Assembly: GCA_964016885.1 (NCBI GenBank) | Contig: OZ024741.1 | Span: forward strand, 52,018,001 to 52,082,000 | DNA from: Eledone cirrhosa | Taxonomy: Eukaryota | DNA: 64,000 nucleotides | Reading direction: 5' to 3' | Shown here: in pieces, positions 14,300-26,148 of the stretch | Layout of the letters: each line of letters begins with the position of its first letter | How positions within the stretch are numbered: the stretch's first letter is position 1 | Position numbers and translations under genes: made by a program | Notes under the pieces: generated by a model | What the model was told of the DNA's origin: nothing | Database searches by the model: none | What the model saw: only the letters and a program-made list of their open reading frames with translations

Positions 14300-14450
14300 A
14301 ATTATGTTTTTCTACCTTCAGTGCATTACTGGTACTTTCTTTTATCGACCCCGTATGGATGAAAGGCAAAGTCAACCTCGACGGGATTTGAACTCGGATC
14401 TTAAAGGACCATAACTCTATACTTCAAAGCATGGTGTCTGACGCTCTAAA
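14300..14450 (-). mobile_element. tRNA-derived SINE copy
   Basis: Reverse complement of the 5.1-5.9 kb SINE (CTGGTACTTT..TTTATCGACCCCG..GGATGAAAGGCAAAGT..GGGATTTGAACTC). Confidence 0.8.
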
Positions 14451-14519
14451 TTATAATAATGGAATACAAGTTAACAGGTTATAGAGAAGTAAATAGTGTA
14501 AAAACACACACACATGAAC

Positions 14520-14810
14520 ACCAGGTCCGAACACAGGGGAGCTGAACTCTCACTATCATCGCCTCCGTCTCTCTCACCCTCTCCATCTCTCACTATTATG
14601 AGCAAATAGGGTTCCACACGCTGGCCGCCCCACGGCCCCGGCGGGCAGAATAGAGAAGGTGTTTCACCGGAGGATGGTGACGGAGATGCGCTGGAAGGGC
14701 CATTCTAGCTCGCGAAGCTCACACCTACGGCTAGCCAGCTCAGTGTCTATGGTGATGAGTAGGGAGATGGCCCTAGGGCCAAGGACACCAGAAGTCTCCA
14801 CTGCTTTTAC
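14520..14810 (-). mobile_element. Second CRE-like REL 3' fragment
   Basis: - strand GCAGTGGAGACTTCTGGTGTCCTT..TTCCAGCGCATCTCC matches 13476-13650. Confidence 0.6.
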
Positions 14811-15190
14811 TTGACCAAAACTAGTCATGCATATCTAAAAAAGGTTCTCTTTTGAATCCCTCCTTCTTCCCACTCACAGAAACCTGGCTTTTCCCCTCCC
14901 ATCTCATATACCATTAGCACTCTTATTTTACCGCTTCTTCGTCTTCTTATTTCTTTTCTTCTTTTTTTGTCTTTTTCTTTTCTTCTCCTTATTCGTCTTC
15001 TTCATCCTCTTCTTCCCCATCTTCTTCATCCTCATTTCTCCTCTCCCTCTCCTCATTAATCAAGTGACCTTTCCCTCTTCGCTCCTCCTCATCTACCAGC
15101 AAATACTTGGTCCATTAGATAGGATCCCCCCCACCGCCCTCAATTATCAAATGAGTCACCTATAAATAACCAGAACTGACCAACTTTAAC

Positions 15191-15244
15191 TGACATTCTT
15201 GATGATTTCATACGAATGAAACAATTCTAGTTCTGTAGAAGTCA
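15191..15244 (+). ncRNA. Type I hammerhead variant (UUGAUGA core, C3U)
   Basis: TGACATTC-TTGATGA-T-TTC ATAC GAA-T-GAAA-CA..TG-TA-GAAGTCA. Confidence 0.6.
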
Positions 15245-16479
15245 TTTCTATTTTAATTTGTTGTTTTAAAGAGTGGTGGCGGGGAGAGGTCTTTCATCGC
15301 AACATGTGTCAATCAACGTATAAGAAAAGAGGAAAAGCAAGGACTCTGGGGCTACAGAAGAAAAGGAGGCGGAAGGGAGAGGGTGATGGGCTATTGGCCT
15401 AGGGTGCGGTGCTGTTGGGGCTGCACCTCGCGCACGAAACTGCCAAAGCATTTCCGCGGACAATGGCCAGTGACACACGCTGCAACAGTCACGCCACCTC
15501 GCGGGACTCGTTCCTCAGACGAGTTGCTGATATTCGGGTCTCGCGGAGGATTTCGACAGTACAGAATCCAAGGACGCCCGAGGTCTCGACGGCGACTAGT
15601 GTGAAGAGGAAGCGGCCCGACAATTCCCGGTATTTGCTTGTCTAAACTTGATATTTACACTCTACTAATGTGCTTGGTATCTTACTAACTGTGGTTAGCC
15701 CCGAATGAACCCGGGCCTCACCCCCCCCCCCCATATATATATATATACAATTTCAGAGAGTCGAATTTCTGGGTAGAAAAGGATTAATCATAGCGGTTAG
15801 TGTTGGGCTGTAGCGTGTTGTGAACATAGTATAGGTGTTGACAGGTAAATATAAGTATGTCGGGATTATCTAAGTTAAGCTGGCACAATATCCGTTAGCT
15901 TTCACCTGAGCTTTGTAGAGAGCTAGTAATTATTGGGGCTGTAGTAATTTCTAACTCTGAAGAGGAAGGCCAGATTTGTGTCGTAGTTTTGGCTATGTTG
16001 AGATGAGAATATGACAAGGAAAAGCATTTACACTAGAAGAAAAATCTCGTGTTCCCAAGTCAAATGGCAATTACAAAGTCAAATCGACTTGACGAAAAAT
16101 ATGATCGTCGAATTACAATAACGCCTAGAATTTGAAGTGATCGTGAAGGTTCTAGTTGTGTGGTGTTTATGTTTATGTTAAGTGATTGTGTCTTTGTGTT
16201 GTTAAATTAGTCAAGATTCATATAACTCAATTGGAGGATGTTTCGAAGTTTCTATTCATAGAGTCAGAACAGATTCTGTGTGAGGCTTCTAGGTTGCGGG
16301 TAGATGTTGTTTGGGTGTGGAATGTGAGAGAAGTATGAAGGGTGGCATAATCTGTCTAGGAGCCGGTGTTGCTGGAAGTGATGGTAATTAGGTTGTTTAT
16401 GTATAGGAGGAAGAGTGTTTAGTCAGGCCACCATAAGTAATATATCTCTTCACTTTTCAAATTTTAAGAATATTATTCA

Positions 16480-17540
16480 CAGAAAACGCTTTCAACTATA
16501 AAAGTCAATCGATATTTCAAGCTCAACAATTTTCATAGAGGGGTCAACTCAAGTGTAGTAATACAATCTACCCACAGCACTTATGGTGTTGATATAGTAC
16601 GTAGAAGATATAGGAGTGGGTAGTTTTCCTGTTTCAGAAATGAGGACTTCGACGTAAAATTCGAGCCAAATTAAGGCCGTTCAAATGGACAAGATTCAGG
16701 GGTGCTGGAAGCGACTGTTGCAGAAAATTCTGTCAGTTATGACTAGAGAACTCAGCTGACACTTCAGAGGACACATTAGCCATAAAACTGTTCTGCATTA
16801 AATGAAAAGGGCTGGAAAAGTTTTAAAGTTTGGAAATTGAGTTCCGCACACCCTATCAATAGAGAATCATCAATAACGACATGTTGATTACTGCAAGGCA
16901 TCGCCATTTTTAACAGACATTGCAAGGGATGATAAATCAATTCTTTTTATCAGTGTTAAGCGCCGTCATCAGTGGCTTTGTCGTTGTGATAGACGTGCCA
17001 AGCAGCCGGGAAGAGTGGTACACCCAAGGAAGATCATGTTAAATGATTGATATAATATAGAATAGTTCATTTTGAACTGTTAAACAATGATCAGATAACC
17101 ACAGATGAGGCTTATTTCAAACAATTTCGGTATTTGAAAACAGTGTTAGATAAAAAAAAAGAAAAAAAAAACAACTATTTAAAAGTGATAATTTACCATG
17201 GGATTACAAATCCTCCTTTTTCACAAGTAACCAAGAACATTCTAGAGGAACTCACTTTGGAAAACGTGCTTCATTCATCATATTCTTCCAACATTGCTCG
17301 TCCTGATTATTTGTTTAGGACTAAACTAAATCGTTTTGATGGACTAAGTGTAACATCACGAGAGGGATCTGAAGTGACTTAGTCGTCTATTTTTCCTAAA
17401 AAGCTCAAGGACTTTTTATAACCGCGGCATCTATATAGCTAGTTGGCAGATGGTATAAGGTTATTGAAAGCAATGTAGGGTATATTGGAGATTAAATACA
17501 TTCATAAGCACAATTATTTTGATTGTAAAATACATGTGAA
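16480..17540 (+). pseudogene. Mariner (Tc1/mariner) transposase relic
   Basis: Decayed motifs FRNEDFDVK, *VPHTL (WVPHEL), VHFELLNNDQITT..Y..Q, HSSYSSNIARPDYLFR (HPPYSPDLAPSDYHLF), FYNRGI..RW.KVIE. Confidence 0.8.
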
Positions 17541-17652
17541 CTTTCTTTTCAACCTTATATATACATATGGAGGAGAGAGAGAGAGAGAGAGAGAGTGTGT
17601 GTGTGTGTGTGTATGAGCGGTGCTTAGACCGAGGAGATATCAATTCATGTGA

Positions 17653-17701
<49 letters not shown>

Positions 17702-17718
17702 AATATACAAATATAAAT

Positions 17719-17767
<49 letters not shown>

Positions 17768-18601
17768 CGCCTTCGCGTACACACTAACATAACTTTCCAT
17801 TCAAATTATACATACCTGGTAACTTAAAAGACATTTTTCACAGCTACTGAATGCAAGAAAGTATTACAAAATGCATAGATATACATATACATATTTATAT
17901 ATATCTATCTATATATAGATTTTGCGTATTTATATACATACAAACACACACACATATATAAATATATAGATATGAATATATATATATATATTTGTGTGTA
18001 TCTGTGTATATATATTTATATTAATTATAATATTCGATTCGTTTGCAATTATGCAAACGGCCTCTTTAGAGCATGTCAGTAGAATGAGCCCGCCATTCTT
18101 GCTCTTGTGTTGGCATGTAAACAGAATTATATATATTATATATAATTATTATATATTATATATTATTATTATTATTATTATTATATATATGTATATATAT
18201 ATGAGTTCATGCTGTAAAGAGCAGAGATGGAGTCAGTGAGAGATAAATGAATATAACAGATAGAGAAAAAAGAAAAAAGTTACGGGGATAGATAAAGCTG
18301 TTTCTTCAATCGACAACCCCTTTTAGTGAATTATCGATCAGCATTATTGTTCGTAAGTCGATACTCTTCCGCGTTCTCATGTGATCATATGCGATTTATG
18401 TTCAATTTTCATTTAACGTAGATAACATCGAAAATAAACGTTATGACGTTTTGTCCAGTTTTCATCTTTTGTTTATTATAATGACGTCATACTCAAGAAT
18501 TTCCTATATGCTTCATTGTTTTTGTTGTTATTGCTGTTGTTATTTCTTATAGCTATTGTTTAATTCGTTGAAAAGAACTTTTATTGTTGTCAATCAAACA
18601 A

Positions 18602-18820
18602 AGGGGCGGTGAAATCGTTGAATCGTTAGAGCGTCAGACAAATGCTTAGCAGTATACGTTCCTGCCTTTTATCTTCTGAGTTCAAATCCTGCCGAGGTCA
18701 ACTTTGCCTTCCATCTGTTCGGGGTCGATAAAATAAAGTACCAGTTAAGTACTGTGGGTCAATATAATCGACTTCCCCACCCACCCAAATTGGTGGCCTT
18801 GTGCCAATAGTAGAAATAAC
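18602..18820 (+). mobile_element. tRNA-derived SINE copy (full length)
   Basis: GGCGGTG..GAGTTCAAATCC..GCCTTCCATC..GGGGTCGATAAAATAAAGTACCAG..GGCCTTGTGCCAATAGTAGAAA. Confidence 0.85.
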
Positions 18821-19644
18821 TATTGTCAATCAAAGATGGCTACAGCAGAAATGGAAGTAAGATGTGTCATCTGATAATATCATACACCCCGACCTCATAA
18901 TAAACAGGAAGAAAATAAAAAAAAAAATAATGAAAAATGAGGTAAGAGAACGGCAGACACTACACCCTCGTCTTGGCAGTATATCTCAGTATGTCTCAGT
19001 TGCACTCCGTTGACAAGATGGCGAAAGCATTGGCGCAGAGAATAGCCACCCAAACCTGCAAATAATATTAGTGCAAATATTTAGTGGGCTTTTATACTGA
19101 GGTCGATATAATCGACTGCTTCATTTCCCTCAAATTTGAGGTCTTGTGCCTCGATTTACGGATGGTTGAATCATTAGAATGTCAGAAAAATGCTTTGCAA
19201 CATTTTTTCCTGCTCTTTAGGATCTGATTTCAAATCCCACCGATGTTAAATATATCGCCCCGGTTTCTATTTCATTGTGCGGCATCTTCTATTATACCCT
19301 CGGGTTGAACAAAGACGTGAGTGGAATTTGGTGGAGGGAAAATTGTGGAAACTCTTATGAAAGACCGTTCCTGATCTTGATTGGTACTCTTGACTCATCA
19401 CTCAGTTTAATATCCCAGCCTGTCCCTTGGTTGCCTTAAGGTGAGTCTACTCTGTTCCAAACATTCAAGCCAGTTTACCACTCTGTGGACAACTTCCTCC
19501 TTCCTACGACTACATAAAGAGTTTAGGGCCCTTTAACTTTACTTTATATTACAAGTTGATATCCCATCTGGGGATACCGTTATGACAAGACAAAGCAGAC
19601 CGAAGTGATAAGTTGAGTAACTATTCTGTTGCATTCGCTGCATT

Positions 19645-19985
19645 TTCTTCTTCTTCTTCTTCTTCTTCTTCTTCTTCTTCTTCTTCTTCTTCTTCTTCTT
19701 CTTCTTCTTCTCCTCCCCCTCCCCCTCCTCCCCTCCTCCCTTCCTCCTCCCACTATTCCTGAGAGGGTCGAGGAGGCAGTGTCCTCAAACATTTCTTCCA
19801 GCGGGTCCTGTCGGAAGCAACCGTCTCCAATTGATCCGGCTGGATTCCCAAGCGAGACCAACCAAGCTCATGGGTCTTATCCAACCATCTTTCTCAGGGT
19901 CTACACCTGGGTCTCCTGCCGGTTGGATTACTCGTAAAATCTGTCCAGTGATTCTTTCCTGAAACATTCTAGCCACATACTTAAC
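19645..19985 (-). mobile_element. RTE-clade LINE 3' end with (GAA)n tail
   Basis: - strand KYVARMFQERI..GRP..W..GWSRLGIQPDQLETVASDRTRW, then (GAA)n at 19645-19710. Same family at 41060-41300. Confidence 0.75.
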
Positions 19986-20470
19986 TCGACAGAAGGTAAT
20001 CTCCAACTTGCCCTTGATAAATTTGATGCCGAGTCCTGCATGGCTGGAATGAAAATCAGTGCTGCGAAAACAGGAATTAGTCCTCTTAAGGAAGCCTGCG
20101 CAGTGCACTCTACGTGTGAATGGTGTTCCACTGAAGCAGGTAGGGAAGTTCAAGTATCTCGGGGACGTTTTTATGAATGATGGAAGGCAAGGGGAGGAAT
20201 TAAGTGCAAGAATTACAGGAGCTGCTGCTGTAATGTGCCAGCTTCAGCATTCAGTAACCAGAAGTGGATAGATGTAAAAGCCAAACTTACTATCTTCAAT
20301 ACCAACCCTTACCTATGAATCTTGGGTAATGACCGAAAGAATACAATCACGAATACAAGCGGCCGAAATGAGTTTCCCCTCAAAGGTCTTTGGAGTAACC
20401 TGGAGATCAAAGAGTCACTCCAGGTAGGGCCGCTACTTCTCCGAATTGAGAGATCACAGCTTACAATTTC
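19986..20470 (+). mobile_element. Inverted upstream part of the same RTE LINE
   Basis: STEGNLQLALDKF..GMKISAAKT..LKQVGKFKYLG..ARITGAAAVM..ESWVMTERIQSRIQAAEM..LLLRIERSQL. Confidence 0.8.
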
Positions 20471-20569
20471 AAAAAGAGAAAGAAAAAAAAGATTGTTTTC
20501 CGGAACTGGGTGTTCCTCTTCCTCCCCATTTCTTGGGGGGTGGGGTGGAGGAGGAGGAGCTAAACAGCA

Positions 20570-20622
20570 ACTACTACAACTACTACCACCACCACAACCA
20601 CCACCACCACCACCACCACCAT

Positions 20623-20706
<84 letters not shown>

Positions 20707-20773
20707 CACTACTACTACTACCACCACCACCACCACCACCACCACCACCACCACCACCACCACCACCACCACC

Positions 20774-20846
<73 letters not shown>

Positions 20847-20940
20847 TGGTGTTGGTGGTAGCAATAACAGCTAGTAGTACTACTGCTACCGCTGCTGTTG
20901 CTACTACTACTACTGCTGCTATTATTGCTACCACCAACAC
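20570..20940. repeat. (CAC)n/(TAC)n compound trinucleotide repeat
   Basis: Direct sequence. Source of the poly-P/L/H/Y/V/S/G ORFs in the track. Confidence 0.97.
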
Positions 20941-21150
20941 CATTTTCTTGTTTATACATTTCATTGATTGTATATTTATCGATTTGATCCTTATCTAATT
21001 GATTATCTACGTATGTGTGTATGTAGGTATGAGTGTGTATATGTGTGTATGGATGAGTGTGTATAGGTGTGTATGTATGTATGTATATATGGGTGTGTAT
21101 AGGTGTGTATGTATGAGTACGTCCGTACGTGTATTATGCCTGGCTTTCTA

Positions 21151-21182
<32 letters not shown>

Positions 21183-21363
21183 CACCATATATGTATGTAT
21201 AGTTTGGTATGGAATAGCGGTATAGCGGTAGAGCGATGTTGATGCTAAAACTACAGCAGAGATATTTCAATGATGCTGCTGTCTATTAGAACAATCGATT
21301 GAAATGTATTTATAGTATCGGGAATATTTTATAACCGTTATAGTTCGATACCAAAGCGATGTC

Positions 21364-21435
21364 TCCCATGTGGTCTAGTGGTTAGGATTCCTGGCTCTCA
21401 CCCAGGTGGCCCGGGTTCGATTCCCGGCGTGGGAA
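21364..21435 (+). tRNA. tRNA-Glu-CTC: tRNA-Glu, anticodon CTC
   Basis: 72 nt. Acceptor stem TCCCATG/CGTGGGA, A box TGGTCTAGTGG, anticodon arm CCTGG-CT CTC AC-CCAGG, T arm CCGGG-TTCGATT-CCCGG. Confidence 0.97.
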
Positions 21436-21442
21436 CTGATGA

Positions 21443-21456
21443 TTTTTTTTTTTTTT
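21443..21456 (+). terminator. Pol III oligo(T) terminator of tRNA-Glu
   Basis: T-run a few bases downstream of the tRNA 3' end. Confidence 0.8.
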
Positions 21457-21586
21457 AAATAATTCTGATCATCCCTTATCTATGTACTGACGTGGGCATA
21501 TATATACACGCATACATACACCTATACATATGTATGCTTACTTTCAAGTCGTTTCTACTATGAAATTAAATTTCTACATATATATA

Positions 21587-22075
21587 TGATGGCTCCAACT
21601 CGATTTCCAGTAGTGGCATCGCTTAATACTTAAGCACGAGCATTAAGGGCATGGCCAGCAATACCATGCAACACAAAAAATGTCACATATCAAGCGATGC
21701 CTATGCTTGAAGCTTTTTTAAGTGAGGAAAGGCTTTGCACGGGGCCAATCCCACTCTCTGAACATCAAATACATTTTCTCAAAAAGAAGAACTGGTCTAC
21801 ATCAGTGGATGCAAACGAAGTCGCAGGTTTTATATCAGAGTGACCTTCTCCTAGAGAGATGTCTTAATGAAGACTAGGAGTCTCTCATTCCACAAAAAAA
21901 AAAAAAACTTTATTGGAAGGCCGTTTGACTACCTTGAATTTTTCCGCCCTTTCACAGGTTTTATTTTTCATTCCACAGGCTTGATGGGGTTGCCGGTTTA
22001 GTCGCCGACGACCCGACCATGCACAGGTTGTACTGGGTTACATGTTATCAGTAACACTGAAGAGCGATCTGATAT
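21587..22075. repeat. Unclassified interspersed repeat
   Basis: 21587-21886 matches 44963-45286, and 21905-22075 matches 31175-31375 (GGTTGCC.GTTTAGTCGCCGACGACCCGACCAT..GGTTGTACTGGGTTACATGTTA). Confidence 0.8.
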
Positions 22076-22078
22076 ATA

Positions 22079-22170
<92 letters not shown>

Positions 22171-22700
22171 GTGTGTATGTGTGTGTGTACGTGTACGAGT
22201 GTGTATGTGTATACATTCGCGAAAATGAGTACTCAATAGCATAGTAGAGATTAATATTTTCTTTATGAAGACCCAGCCTGAGTCTTGTTATTCTATATTT
22301 TCTCCTGTGTACTTTGACGGCTCTGTGAGTACACGGGAGAAATTCAATATTGGCCTTAATACACACATACATATATATAAACAAAGCAGCTAGTGGTGTG
22401 ATCGAACCCAATTATCTGCAGTTGGCAGTTGATAAAAAAAAATAAGCCATAAACACACATGTTGAATTATTCTTGTCTGTCAACAGAATAAAGTATCAAA
22501 TGAAAAATGTTTGTGACAGTTTTTTTTGCCGACCAATGAAAAGACATTCTTATCCCGTTGAAAAAGAATACAGCTCCAAACAAGCGTTACACCTTCTTAT
22601 ATATGAGTATTGTGGGTGATTAGGTTGCTAGCTGACCCAATTATGGAAGAATAAAAAATTATTTACGGTTTCCATTCTCTGCTTAAACTCTGTTATTTTA

Positions 22701-22744
<44 letters not shown>

Positions 22745-23446
22745 CTGCAGGTGTTGAAGCCGCCACCCCCACCACCACCACCACAGCGACAACAGAAACA
22801 ACAAAAAAAAATTATCTCGTGACATCGAAATGGATTCACCCAGAATCGACTCTTCCACACCGAACACCACTGACGCCACCACCACCACAACTGAAACTAA
22901 AAATAACAATAACAAAAATAACAATAACAAAAACAGCAACAACAACAATGAGAATAACAACACGTGTCGTTTGCCAAAGCAGCCAACAAATGCGAAACAA
23001 TCCAGGTAACTCAGGAGGAATTACATGAAGCCAAGAGAATGGTAAAGAAAGAGGGTACAGGGTCAGCCCCCCCCCCACCTAAGAAAATGGAGCATCGGCG
23101 CCTATGCACCGTGTCTTATCGGACGATTAACATAAAATCGCGCCGAGTGGAACGGGCATCCGAGTCCCAAATCCAAAACGCTTTGGGACATGTGTGGGCA
23201 AAAAAATCCACATCAGACGTGGGCAGAAATATGGAACCGTGGACGTGTTCTTTGGAACACCACAGGAGGCCATAGAGCACTCCATGGCCCCATTAAGAAG
23301 CGACGACTTCACACTCGTCCCAAGCTATTGTGGCCATAGACTCGTAAAGATCAGGGTGACCCACGTTCCACCGGCCATCGAAATTCCCTGGCTAATGGCT
23401 GCCGTCCTCGCCGGCATCGAGGCCAACACCAAAATAATAGAAATAA

Positions 23447-23999
23447 TGTAGTGACCTACATTCCGCGGGCTCACATACATTTTCTGTGCGTGATTTGGCT
23501 CAGTTCAGCCAATCAGCGCCAGTAGAAGAGGATGTATCCCTACGCGCCCTGAGGAAGAAATTCCCCGCAAAGATTTGAAGAATCTCTCTCTTGTACTGGA
23601 AACTTCAAGCCAGCAACACGCATAATGTAACAGTGAGATATTGCAGCCCTAGCCTCGCCGGCTTAACGGCGCAATGGCACATTCCCTTTTGTAACCTCTT
23701 TTTATCTGTAACTTCAACCATATAAATAAACAAACATTTCATCTCTAATTACTGCGGTTGAAGTCGTTGTTATGTTACTCGTGTCTCAATGACATCTTTA
23801 ATCCATGCTGCTGGAATTGGCGACCTGACGAAAGGAATATTGTAAATAGATGGTAAATAGATCGAGGGACCTTCCCTCACGTCTATGTCAACAAGATAAT
23901 CCAACGAGGATACTATCACTTACCACACTGGCAACTAACGACCACTGATTCTACCACCCTGCTAAAGTGGCGACTACTCAATAACCCATAACTGCTAAA
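23447..23999 (+). repeat. 5' LTR
   Basis: Near identical to 25594-26148 (a few substitutions and small indels). Contains AATAAA. Confidence 0.9.
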
Positions 24000-25593
24000 G
24001 TGGTGACCGATGTAAGAATATCACGCAGCCCTTCTTATTCATTCAGTTTAACTTTTGTTGCCACGTCGCAACTTGCGAAAATCCAGAATATTCCTTTTAA
24101 GATTTTTGAAAAATTAGCAGTATTTCAAAAACTTTTTCGCCACGAAAAAATTTCAAGATGGCTACCGACATGTCATGGCTACGCTTGACAACAACAATGA
24201 CAGCAGCAGCGACAGCGTTGTTTAACCACTGACCAATACAGGGAACAGTGAGTGGCAGCTTCATAACCTTACCGACGCCAACCACCACACATCGGAAATT
24301 TCGAAACGGCTTGTAACTTTACCGACGCAACCACCATACCTTCTGTCTCGTTACCACAGGGACGCGAGAAATTGAGACAGTAGTTTTCTCACCATTATGG
24401 CGTCAGACGTGACTGCCATATTTGGTGACTCCTACTCTACAGAAGATTCTTTGACATTACTTTAACAATAAGCAACACTACCGTGTGGCGGGACGGTAAG
24501 ATGGCCACGAAATCTCACAAAAACACCATACATCTAACCCCTAACGGCATTAACAAACTTCTTTTTCAGTTTTCAGATAGAACTAGTGTCTGTACACTGG
24601 TGATGTGTGAACTATTTGACTTTGAAAAACTTTGAACTTATTGAGCAATTTCTCTGCTCCCCTAGATTGACTTTGAATTATCAGTTTGTTACATTCACAT
24701 ATTTCTTTGTAGAATGCATTTACTTGTTTTGTGCTCTTTTGCTATTTGCTTTCTTGCTCATGGTTTTTGTTTATTCACATTCTTTGCTGTTTTACATGCC
24801 TGCATATGCACACATTTTTTTTATCACACAGCAACATGTTGTTCTTGGTATATGTTCTTCAAACGTAATATTCTGCGAGTCCCTTTTCACCTGGTTGAGA
24901 TGCTGTCACATGCTAGCAGCTCACAGAGCTTAATCCACTGGATTCAAACAGTCACCGCAACACGAGAATACTAATTGCAGCTGAACTCAAACGGCTTCGC
25001 ATCTCGTTGCGCACTGATCGTCCATGACGGCCATCCGTCTTGTTGTTTTTGCCCGACTCGCTGGGAAAGCTACAAATTGAACTGGACATGTTAGCAGTTC
25101 GGCCACTTCTGTGGATTCGCCCGAATTATGGAATTTACACTGCAACCCACCTACAGATTAAACTTGCCTTTTGTTCTTTACAAAGCAATCAGCCATTTTT
25201 TTCCTGGCTCCACAGCACATTTGACAATACATTTGGGGGCCATCATTTTCTCGCCAGCACTGGTAAACTACCATAATAGCTTCGTTCACAGCTACTGGTA
25301 CAACGCTTACCATTAACATTTAATGCAAGAACAGCAACTTCGCCCATGTCAGACTTTATCCGTTTTTTGTTAGACCTTTGGCGGTCACGTATAAACAACA
25401 AAACAATTGGTCATTTGACACAGCGGCTCAACACGGCCCGTAGCGCCTCATTTTTTGTTCTTGCATGCAACCTTCTGCTCAATTATTTTTTCACTGATGT
25501 GCTCTTTCAGCATTTGCTCTTGCTGATTTAATAATATGTAGGTCCTTGGTTTCTTCGTTATCGATTTTCGGCTGAAAATCTGGTTGGAGGTGA

Positions 25594-26148
25594 TGTAGTG
25601 ACCTACATTCCGCGGGCTCACATACATTCTCTGTGCGTGATTTGGCTCAGTTCAGCCAATCAGCGCCAGTAGAAGAGCATGTATCCCTACGCGCCCTGAG
25701 GAAGAAATTCCCCGCAAAGATTTGAAGAATCTCTCTCTTGTACCGGAAACTTCAAGCCAGCAGCAACACGCATAATGTAACAGTGAGATATTGCACCCCT
25801 AGCCTCGCCGGCTTAACGGCGCAATGGCACATTCCCTTTTGTAACCTCTTTTTATCTGTAACTTCAACCATATAAATAAACAAACATTTCATCTCTAATT
25901 ACTGCGGTTGAAGTCGTTGTTATGTTACTCGTGTCTCAATGACATCTTTAATCCATGCTGCTGGAATTGGCGACCTGACGAAAGGAATATTGTAAATAGA
26001 TGGTAAATAGATCGAGGGACCTTCCCTCACGTCTATGTCAACAAGATAATCCAACGAGGATACTATCACTTACCACACTGGCAACTAACGACCACTGATT
26101 CTACCACCCTGCTAAAGTGGCGACTACTCAATAACTAATACTGCTAAA
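25594..26148 (+). repeat. 3' LTR
   Basis: Direct repeat of 23447-23999. Confidence 0.9.

Larger units (their letters stand above)
23447..26148 (+). mobile_element. Non-autonomous LTR retroelement (2.7 kb) inserted in LINE ORF1
   Basis: Direct repeats 23447-23999 and 25594-26148 (TGTAGTG...ACTGCTAAA). PBS-like TGGTGACC at 24001, purine-rich GGAGGTGA before the 3' LTR, 4-bp flanks ATAA/ATAG. Removal restores the frame IIEI-AKEKQENWS. Confidence 0.85.

Noticed and set aside
20309-20964. Long poly-S/G/V/P/H/Y ORFs
   Set aside because: Translations of (CAC)n/(TAC)n microsatellite, not genes.
24607-25531. Hydrophobic + strand ORFs inside the LTR element as env-like or membrane proteins
   Set aside because: Short, overlapping and explained by T-rich composition, with no gag, pol or env motifs.
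23443-26134. Alternative LTR boundary TG...CTCA at 26130 with a perfect ATAA TSD
   Set aside because: Similarity between the two LTRs continues to ACTGCTAAA, the PBS follows that point, and the longer boundary better matches the paralogous ORF1 spacing.
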